Below are positions 10,571 through 19,800 of a DNA stretch of 25,736 nucleotides, piece by piece. The stretch covers positions 124,001-149,736 of the forward strand of contig KZ538035.1 of NCBI GenBank assembly GCA_000934665.2, written 5' to 3'. The notes under the pieces are model-generated. The model saw only the letters and a list, made by a program, of their open reading frames with translations, made no database searches and was not told the DNA's origin. Made by a program: the position numbers and the translations under genes. The stretch comes from Catajapyx aquilonaris. Lineage: Eukaryota. The stretch's first letter is position 1. Each line of letters starts with the position of its first letter.

Positions 10571-13500
10571 CTGCAAGGGCAATGAAACAACTTACTAAAT
10601 ACCCAATGGCTCTTTTCATACTACCTCCTCACCTTGTAGAAATTGAAGACAAGGTCAAGCTCACAGACATTGTGGAAGTACTCGTTGAGTACCTCTACAA
10701 AGTTGTGGATGGCCTCCAAGTAACAAAGGTTATTGTCGTTTACATCCACACAGATGCAAAAGTAGAGCCCTGCATATCGCCTGTACACAATCTTGAAGTT
10801 ACGAAACTAGAAAACAAGAAGAATAAAAAAATCAGATGACCTCTTAGGGTATGTTATGAATAGTTACATCATCTTTCCTAAATTATGAAATCCAAGATTC
10901 ACTTTCTTTTGCAATGCATAGCACACATAGGTGAGGGGGAAAAATCAGTGCTTGAAAGAATGACGGTAACTTCACAACTTATGGCTGGATTCTTGTGCAA
11001 ATTAAACTAAGTGCTTATCCAGATGGCACAGCCAGCCTTGGAACATGAATTTCAATCATGGCCACTGTATTTTCAGGTTCTGCATCTGCAGATACAATCA
11101 ACTGCAAATCGAAAATATTCAGGAAAAAAACCAATACAGAAACAATCTCTTACATTAAATCAAATTAGAATAAGTGACAGCCTGGCAAAGGGATTGAGGG
11201 ATTCACAGAGCCACTTCTTTTTACCGAGAAAGCTTCAGATGGTCTTAACAGATGTGGATTAAAATGTAACTTCTAAAGCTCTCTTGGGAAAAAATAAGGG
11301 GCTCCATGAAAAAGAGCCTTTATGGAACTGTCTTTTCGACCTAGGGCCTTTGCCTATAGTTCTGCCATTGAATATGGACAACCTTCTTGGCTCCTCAAGG
11401 ACATTCAATTTCTAAATGAAATTGTGCACGTCTGTAGCCACAAGAACCCAGCCACACTTATCCGAACAGTTTCAAATAGAGGGGACCAGGCAGCTGAGAC
11501 TAATCTTTTGTTTTTCCCCTTCAACACCCACTATCCCACAACCAGGAAATGTTTCCTAATCCTAAAATCCCGTTTCATATCCAAAATATGTTTTTTTTTA
11601 GATAAAATAATATTATTGATATGCATCACTGTTTAAACACTAAGATACACATTTATCATTATAATAGAACCCAGATTATCCGACCCGTCCGCGTCCCCCT
11701 CCGGCAATAAATCGGTTTTCTCATGAAATACTGAAATGGTAAAAACAGTACAGTAGTGTGTGTGTGTAAATGAAAAATACTTCACTCTACCGTAGAAAAC
11801 CATAATATGGTACGTTATTTCATGTTTTTTGTTGTTTCATTAAAGTTTTACTCTTCGGATTATCCGACCTTTTCGGTTATCCAACGATGCCCCAGTCCGA
11901 TGGGTGACGGATAATCAGGGTTCTACGGTATTAATATGCATGTTATCCCTGAGAACCATTGTGATGAAAACATGAGCTGTGCAATTGGTTACTTATGGCA
12001 TGGGAGCCATTTCTGCATGAGCAAAACTAGAACTAGTGCTGTTCTAGTTCTGTAGCCAGTAGCCCTATAGTCCGGGACGTAAGCACAAAAATCAGGCCTA
12101 ACTCTGCACTTTGTGATAAGAATGTGCCACTTGGCAAACATGTTTCCCAAGCCTATAAGAGCCATTTGAGAGATGCCGCCACCTGATCGACCCCGTAGGT
12201 CACGAGTTATGCGGTGTTGCCAACCTGGTCCAGGACCAGCCCACGGACACTTATACTACGTTCTGGCGTTATCACCTGCCGAGGCATTTTGCATCGGGCG
12301 CTCACCTGAGAGCGCCCGATGCAAAATGCCCCGGCAGGGGGCGGGTGGGAGTGACCAGACCTTACTTATATGACCGTGTCCAGGACCTAAATGTTTTAAC
12401 TCGGCACTTTGTGATAAGAAGGTGCCATTTGGCAGGCTTGGTCTTTAGGCCTCTAGGAGTTATTTGACATACGGGGCCACCTGATCGGCCCCCTTAGGCC
12501 ACGATATATGTGGTGTTTCCAAGAATGCCAACCCATGAGGTTCAAAACATGGAAATGCCCTAAAGTCGGATAAAACCGTATGAAATGGCAGAAAATAATA
12601 CAGATTCCAAGACAGATCCACTCTGCCGATGTATTACAAGGTAATGAGGGCACATATCCATAACGGACCCTGAGTGTAGCAAAAACCTGTCAATATTGCA
12701 GAATTTTATTGAAACTGGGGTATATGCAAAGGACATGCAATGTAATTCTTTCATTTTGACCTAATGGGCCGATCAGGTGGCGCAACTCTCAAATGGGTCC
12801 TAGGCCAAGTGGCACCTTCTTATCACAAAGTGCAGAGTTAAACGCTTAGTGCCCGGACTACTAGTACAGTAGTAATCTACTAGCTAAAGCAGGCTTTACA
12901 TTGGCCCAGACCCCAGCAACTCCTATGATATGGTAGGATACTTAGAGAGTCTCCGCCAACCTGGAATGTGGCGCTGGGGTCACTCACTGGAGCCAGCGGG
13001 TTGCTAGGCGCATTCCGGCGGGCGGCCAAATCTGCAGAATGGGGCTGAGGGTGCTGTACTGACAAGTAAGTATTGACTGTTTGGGTTGGTTCAGAAGGTG
13101 TCCGCCTGAGTGAATCTGGCAACCCGTTGGCCCCAGTGAGTGATGCCAGCACCAGTGGAGACTCTCTAAAGGTCTCAGTCATAAGGCTAGGGTGGGAGTT
13201 GCGGGTGGCTGCTTTGGCCTTATCCATATTAGAGTTTTGACAGAATTCCACCCACTAATAATAATCTGGAAAATGCTTTCACAACTACAGGTCTTTGATT
13301 TTGTTCTACAGTTCTACACTGATGCCTTGCCTGACCTCGGAAAAACCCTGCTGTTTTTTCCAACAAGGAAAACATCCAGCTTTTTAAAAACACTGAACAC
13401 CAGACCCTTCTATTGGCCCTGGGCAGAGAAGGCTTATTCTATGGACAATGCTCAGAAAAGGGAGTGGCAGTCTGCATGGACCCACTGGCAGGAATGTAGC

Positions 13501-14173
13501 AAAAGCGAGCAAAAGACATCACCAAATGGAGGTGACGGTGGTCGTTAATGGTTTTTTTTGTGAGTTTCCCTGGATGGTTAGCCTTAACAAACCCTGCCTA
13601 TGATGAGGCCAGAGATGACCCACCTCTCCACAAGTGGAGGAAGACCCAGGGCTGGGAGTGAACCTGGGCCCTCTCCCCCTGCAGGTCATTACATTACCGC
13701 AGTGCCATTTCACACACACCCCCCCATTTACCATGTTGAGTCGGATTTAGTACATTTCCCCAACCACAAGGTTTTGTAGTGTCAGGTCTTTCATATCATG
13801 GCACATTGTCCACTAGACAACCTATTTTGTGTGCCTGGGGCTATCTGTGAAGGAAAGCAGAGCCTCCATGGGTCTGCATGTTTCGAGTGTGGCAGCCCTT
13901 CTCACCTCCACAAAGTTGGTGTGCTTTGCATCCCTGACAGTGACAACTGCATGCACTTCCTCAATGAGCTTCTGCTTCTCATCATCGTCAAAGTTCATAT
14001 ACCACTTGGCGAGGCGGGTCTTGCCAGCGCGGTTCTGGATCAGAATAAACCGGATCTGAAAAGGTCAAATTCATCAGCACTAACATGTCACCAGTCTCAG
14101 CAAATCAAAAGTGGCCTGCACCCACACCAGCATGTGGCACAAGATACCGCACGGCCACGTTCTCACTCACCAT
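10469..14173 (-). CDS. AP2S1: AP-2 adaptor complex subunit sigma (sigma2/AP17), complete, 142 aa
   Basis: Join (minus): 14171-14173 (ATG only), 13906-14055, 10633-10806, 10469-10570. Translation: [142 protein letters not shown]. This closely matches the known metazoan sigma2 sequence; the ORF track misses the gene entirely. Confidence 0.98.
10633..10806 (-). CDS. AP2S1: AP2S1 coding exon 3
   Basis: ttctag|[16 protein letters not shown]...LDLVFNFYK|gtgagg; 174 nt. Confidence 0.97.
11662..11928. mobile_element. Tc1/mariner-pogo-like MITE
   Basis: TIRs tagaacccagattatccg / cggataatcagggttcta, TA on both flanks, internal ttatccg repeats. Confidence 0.75.
12068..12860. mobile_element. Non-autonomous DNA transposon with TAG...CTA termini and 3-bp TSD (Academ-like; superfamily inferred)
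   Basis: TIRs tagtccgggacgtaagc / gcttagtgcccggacta; TSD cta (12065-12067 and 12861-12863); the subterminal block taactctgcactttgtgataagaa.gtgccacttggc occurs twice direct and once inverted. Confidence 0.75.
13546..13713 (-). mobile_element. tRNA-derived SINE, more degenerate copy (same family as 23054-23256)
   Basis: Decayed A box (TGGCACTGCGG) and B box (GGTTCACTCCC); shares ggagag.tggg.catctctggc.tcat and ctcacaaaa...ccatta with the second copy. Confidence 0.75.
13906..14055 (-). CDS. AP2S1: AP2S1 coding exon 2
   Basis: tttcag|[19 protein letters not shown]...HTNFVE|gtgaga; 150 nt. Confidence 0.97.
14171..14173 (-). CDS. AP2S1: AP2S1 coding exon 1 (start codon only)
   Basis: acagccATG|gtgagt: good start context immediately followed by a consensus donor. 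Confidence 0.88.
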
Positions 14174-14299
14174 GGCTGTGTTCTGCCTGCCCACCACCTC
14201 AGGAGGCCACCTTCCTCGCCTGTCCCTCGGGAACAGGAGGCAGAAATCGGATAGACTTTTGATGAGATTGTCTTGCGGAGGGGCCGATCCCAAAATTAG

Positions 14300-14640
14300 A
14301 CGGAAGGCGACACCTCCTCCTCCTCCACCTGGCAACGACCTTCTCCCTCCCCCTTCACTTTCAGTGTTATCGTAACGGGTTAAAATAATTTTAACCCATC
14401 ATTTATCTTGCGACCTCATGGGTTAAGTTATGTCATAAGTAAATTTAACTTAAATAATTTGCCACCCGATTGGATCTGCGTCTGGCAACCCGTTTTCCTA
14501 TTCCACTTCCGAAAAGGGAAACCTCCAGACGCGATTTTGTTATCGCTGCTACTGTTTGAAAGTTACGCTAAGAGCGCAACGTTATTTCCATCATCTTCGA
14601 GCTTCTTCCGCGACTGTATTTTCTTGGGGAATGGCGGCTG
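14300..14640 (-). promoter_or_regulatory. Probable AP2S1 promoter / 5' UTR region
   Basis: Locally CpG-richer stretch just upstream of the ATG exon, with an ETS-type ACTTCCG (about 14504-14510) and a YY1/Pho-type ATGGCGG (about 14631-14637); the start site cannot be determined. Confidence 0.5.
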
Positions 14641-14778
14641 ATTAAATTTATTAGTCCGCAAAAATATTCCCATGCATATAGGTCGACTATTGCACAGTCT
14701 TGTAACAATAGTATCCCTGCTCAAATTCTAACCATATATGCCTATGTCACTTACTGCAATATTCAGCTCAGCAGTTAA

Positions 14779-15056
14779 CCCTGGAACCGTGTCGTGGGTC
14801 TTTTAGCACCCCAAAGGAATTAAAATGCATTAAAATGATAATTACAATGAACTTTTGCCAATTTTTTAAAGTATATAACAGAAAGTGCATGGTTATTTTG
14901 AATTAGTGATAATTTTAGGCATTGTTCAAAGAATGATTGTAGTCAATACATTGAAAAGTATTGTATACTAATTAATAAAAATTAAAATATGGATGGGGTC
15001 CTCAAAGACCCCACGTCACAGTTGCCGTAACTTTCAGGCACGTCACGGTTCCAGAG
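14779..15056 (+). mobile_element. piggyBac-like MITE, copy 1 of an inverted dimer
   Basis: TTAA|CCCTGGAACCGTG...CACGGTTCCAGAG|TTAA; orientation label is arbitrary. Confidence 0.85.
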
Positions 15057-15060
15057 TTAA

Positions 15061-15333
15061 CCCTGGAACCATGCCGTGCCTACGAGTATTACGGCAACCG
15101 TGCCGTGGGGTCTTTTCAGACCCCACCCCACCGTATTTTAATTTTTATTAATTAGTATACAATACTTTTCAATGTATTGACTACAATCATTCTTTGAACA
15201 ATGCCTAAAATGATAGCTAATTCAAAATAAACCTGCACTTCCAGTAAAAAAATGGCAAAAGTTCATTATAATGATCATTTTAATGCATTTTTTTCCTTGG
15301 GGTCCAAAAAGACCCCACGGCATGGTTCTAGGG
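15061..15333 (-). mobile_element. piggyBac-like MITE, copy 2, inverted, sharing the central TTAA
   Basis: TTAA|CCCTGGAACCATG...CATGGTTCTAGGG|TTAA; the body is the reverse complement of copy 1. Confidence 0.85.
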
Positions 15334-15391
15334 TTAACCCCGTGTTAAAAATGGATTCTGGGTTAATTTGGCCTCAGATGCTGAATTGGCC

Positions 15392-15415
15392 ATTATTATT
15401 ATTATTATTATTATT
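15392..15415. repeat. (ATT)8 microsatellite
   Basis: Read directly from the sequence. Confidence 0.9.
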
Positions 15416-15845
15416 TTTGTAGTGCTACTTCACAGCGTGTTACTTGCATGATGGAGGCTAGGCTGCAGGCTTCAGTTACTGTGACACACACAGAATTCAC
15501 TCTGAACTAATGCCTGACTTTTCTCACCTTCTTTCCTGATACAGTAGTTCTGTTTCCCTCTCAGGGCAACTGGGTTCAGTGGGGCTTAACGTCAGCCTAT
15601 TTCTGCCGCTAAGGCTCAACACCGCCGCCAGGGGGTGGTCCTCCTCCTGGAAATTTGGCCACTCTGGGGATCTTTAACGTGCACTCGCGCAATGTCACAA
15701 GCACACAGGACCGACGGCTCTGAACGGGACAACTCTGACATGTCACTGCTTTGGAGAAAAATGTCACAATATTCTGCATGCACACTGATGACAATGATAA
15801 AATGAAACCAACCACAAGTAAACTAACCCGTGCTTGAACATAGTC

Positions 15846-15851
15846 TTTATT
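15846..15851 (-). terminator. Probable polyadenylation signal (AATAAA) of the PGC-1-like gene; 3' UTR about 0.9 kb
   Basis: AATAAA on the minus strand followed by a GT-rich downstream element (ttagtttacttgtggttggtttc). Confidence 0.6.
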
Positions 15852-16771
15852 TCATTGTTTGACATACTACTTGACTGTTTCCCTTTTGAATTATTCCCAT
15901 TCCAAAAAGAAAACCAGATCACAATGGGTTAGGGGAAACTGTGATTGGCACAGTTCAGTATGCAATAAGAAAGAAATCCTGAACCAGGGTTTCTTTCTTT
16001 CTTTCTTTTTTTTGTTATAACACTTTCAGACGTTACCTTGCATTGATAAAACTTCCCTTTCTACCCAACGGCAACGCTGTATCTATTCGCTAAGTGTAGT
16101 TACTAGCATGGTATTCAATCCCATCTCTCCACCATCACATGGCACATGACTCAATGAGTGGAATGTTGGCAAAAAGAATTCTTGTCTCACTTTATCTTAC
16201 TCAAGACTATTTTTAAAAGTCCTCTTGCAAAACTTAAGTAGATAAATGATTCCATGTCACCTGATACTTCATGGAAAATCATAACAAGGCAAGGGGAGAA
16301 ACAACTGCCAATAAAACTGCCATGATTCAACTTGTTTTCAGCCATTTTTACATAACTGGCGTGCAGTACCCCATAATGGCACTGTCATTGCTAACCATCA
16401 TGATTGAAAGACAAGCAAATAATAAACTGGAAAGTTAATAGGCTTTAAAATGTACTTGAAGTAGCATGCAAAATGACATCAAATTTTGCAACAGGTTTGG
16501 GGAAAAACCTGGGGAAAAAACAATATTAAAAAAACAACTCAAATCTTCCCTCCCTTTAAAAACAAAAAAATTTTTTTTGCATCTATAAATGTCTAGTAGG
16601 AAACAATTGGAATTCCCATACCATCAGGCATGAATCCAACATCATGCAAACACAAAAGAAAAAACAAAAGGTCAGGAGAGGCGAGCACATTCACTGCCTG
16701 ATCCATTCATGAGCAAATTGAGCATAACTGAGAGTGCCTAACATGAGGAGTGGTACTACGTATAGCCACTG

Positions 16772-16896
16772 TCAAACTTTTTTCTTGCTGATCTGGGCCT
16801 TGGCCTGACGAAGAAGAGAGTCAAAGTCCTGACTGGAAGTGTTCATTGTAGGGGGAGGCTGGGAATACTCATATTCCATGTAACTTGGCATTGCAT
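16772..16896 (-). CDS. srl: PGC-1-like terminal coding exon
   Basis: ttgcag|DAMPSY...QDFDSLLRQAKAQISKKKV-TGA. Confidence 0.93.
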
Positions 16897-19800
16897 CTGC
16901 AACAAGAAGAGCAAGATAATCAGTCAATGTATAGTAGCTTATCTGATGTTCCATGAAACTACAGTTGACAATCTCGGATCCAAAATTCTGAAAACTAAAC
17001 AGCTCCAAATGAAGGTCATCTGTTACACCAGAGCTCATGTTTGGTGCCTCGCATGTCCCACCAGGACCATGGTCACCAGGACAACAATGACAACATTAGC
17101 TGTGTCCCATTCACTGCTCTGGGGCAACTCACAGGATCCTGTTGTTGATTTCCAGACTGTTTAGCCCAAATGCTGCCAAACAAACACTTACAAGTTTGAG
17201 GCAGAGAAAGCCAATCCAAATTGTCCAACTGAGATGCAATGAAGTTCAGAAAGTGTCCAAGCTAAACGGACAGGGCTCTTGACATATTGTGCGAGGATTG
17301 ACAATGGGGGATTGACCTATTACCCAATATATGTGAGCTGTGTCCCTGTATTGACAGTGTACTGACAGTACATACCTCTGACGCCCCAAGAAAAAACCCT
17401 CTATGTGTGGTTTTTGTCATTTCGAGATAATTGCATTTGAAGGACGCATGCCTGCCTTACATACATATACATACATGGTTTTACTATGTCCCTAACTTTG
17501 CAACGGAGGCTCGTAGAGAAATGAGGTTTCTACCATTACGTGAGCCGCATAAAGGGGAGTGCAGTGGTATGCTTCTCTGAACATACATGGTTTTTGCACG
17601 TGCAAGGTTTTTGCTTGTGGCGTCAGACTTGGCCTATTCCAAATTCTGAAAATATTCAGAATTCTGAAAAATCTCAGGTCCCAAGGGTTTCAGATAAGAG
17701 ATTGTCAACTGGATAACTCAAAAGTTCACTTATCTTGATGTGAAAATTTAGCATCATGAACTCTACTGCACTACATCATAAATACAGGATGATCCAAAAT
17801 ACTTGTCCAACTAATGTGCAATGATTTGCAAAGTGAGTATTACTCACCCAGATCACAGTATCTTTGCTTGCAGAAGGCTCTCCTTCCTCCAAAGCAGAGC
17901 TCCCATTTTGGAAGAGATTTGTTGTCATTGCCATGCTCCACTGCCACATATGCATCCACTTTGTACATGAATGTCACAAATCCATAGTTATCACTGGAAA
18001 TAGATCACATGTTAATAACAAGGTTCAAATGCTACTGCAAAATTAGTCTTTGAGGTCATCCACAAAGTAGGTCAGTAGGGGGGAAGGTTGACGTCAGTGT
18101 TATAGGGGATGGTTTCTCTCCCAATTTTGTGCCACAAAGCACACGACCCAAGAGCAGTGAAAACACTTGCAAAGCAACACATTTTGACAATGTATGCCAA
18201 TCAATATTAACCCTTTCGCTACCCGATAGGCCCGAACCCCGCAGATTTTGGCTTACGCGTACTCCGAAGATACAGACAAGATATTTGACAAATAATAAGA
18301 GCTACACTTACCCGTTCAGAGAAAATGTTGTCTGGAACAATTTTTACTTGTCTAGAAGTCCATAAATTAATTTCTTAAAAAAAAGGATATGAAAACTCAA
18401 CATTCGAGTACTGTCGACCAACTTTTAGGCTGATTTAATTACGAAATCCGTGAAAATATGCCGAACAACAACCTTGAGAACCCTGACAGACGAATTTGCT
18501 GATATCACCATACTTCACGAGAAATAAATAAATATTTATTTGCATCTCTCTGGCACTTAGGAAACTCCCAAATGAGTACGGGATGAATTTGCTGAAATCG
18601 CCGCACTTCGAGAGAAGCAAATAAATTTAAGAGTTTTCCGAAGTGCCAAAGCCGCAAGTAAGTATTAATTTATTTCTCGCAAAGTACGACGATTTCAGCA
18701 AATTCTTTGGGCATGGTTCTCAAGGTTGTTATTCAGCATATTTTCACGCATTTCAAAATTACATCAACCTAACATTGGTTGACAGTACTCGAATTTGAGA
18801 GTTTTTATAGCCATTTTTTGGAAATTAATTTAAGGACTTCCAGACGAGTAAAATTGTTCCAGGCACATTCATGGAGTTTTCTTTCAATGGGTGAGTATAG
18901 CTGTTATTGTTTGTAAAATATCTTGTCCGTATCTTGAGTACGCTTAAGCCAAAATGTGTGGTTCGGGCCTACCTGGTAGCAAAGGGGTTAATAGGCTAAG
19001 ATGCAGGTTAATACCCACACTCCTTCCATGGACTCACCCTCTCTCCCTGAAGTGCACACTAATGTCCTCAATTGGCCCAAAGACCTCGAACCTCTTCCTG
19101 AGCTGGGCTTTGCTGGTCCCATCTGCTATCCTCCCAACATATATCACTCTACGATCATCAACTTGTCGCTGCTTGTCCGTTGCACCAACCCCTCGCCTGT
19201 TGGAAGACTCTTCTCTTCCACTTCTACTCCTTTGTTGCCTCTGCCACTCCTCACGGTGCCACCTCCGCCGAGTCTCACTGTATCGATTGCGGCTTCGGCT
19301 TCTACTGTAATTGTGTCTCCTCCTCATTGGACTACGGCTTCGGTTGTATCGATTGCTGCTGCAGGTGGAGCAGCTCGACGTATGACGTTGACGTGAAGGC
19401 GAAGATGAAACAGATGATGAAGATGAACGTGAAGCAGAGCGAGATCGAGAGCGACAACGGGACCGGGACCGGGACCGGGACCGGGACCGGGACCTGGACC
19501 TGGACCTGGACCTGGACCAAAAGCTTGTCTTCCGACTTGAGACAGTGCGACTACGACGTCGCTGGTAAGTCTTGCGAGGTGGATAACTCTTGTCAGATGC
19601 ATGTGAAGATGAAGCAGAGGATGATGTTATTGAAGACGAAGAAGTGGACATGCTGGGAGAGCGGCGATGCTGTTGCCGATGATGCAACTTCTGCCTCTTG
19701 GAGGAGTCTGTTTTACGCACTTCACTGCTGCAACACAGATCAGTAACACTGTTACACTGTTTATAAACTTACAAAGATCCCTGTTTCACAGCAAAAAATA

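Noticed and set aside
12880..13251. 123-aa minus-strand ORF in AP2S1 intron 2, possibly a retroelement ORF1 fragment
   Set aside because: It has no zinc knuckle, RT or endonuclease motif and the listed start is non-ATG; it cannot be supported without a homology search.
13595..13625. Hammerhead-like string TGATGA-GGCCA-GAGA-TGACC on the plus strand of the SINE (counterpart at about 23137-23160)
   Set aside because: Both copies lack the leading C of CUGANGA and have CAC/CAAC instead of GAAA after the stem, and I could not build stems I and III, so the catalytic core is not met.
13798..14375. Plus-strand ORFs of 154, 76 and 96 aa, and 10582-10839 +
   Set aside because: These are antisense shadows of AP2S1 exons or GC-rich leader sequence, with no independent support.
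15334..15366. TTAA-CCCC...TGGG-TTAA mini unit next to the MITE dimer
   Set aside because: There is only a 3-bp terminal match over 25 bp, which is compatible with chance.
18954..19746. Overlapping ORFs with GT, GP and VP dipeptide repeats
   Set aside because: They are alternative frames of the RS-domain hexamer repeat.
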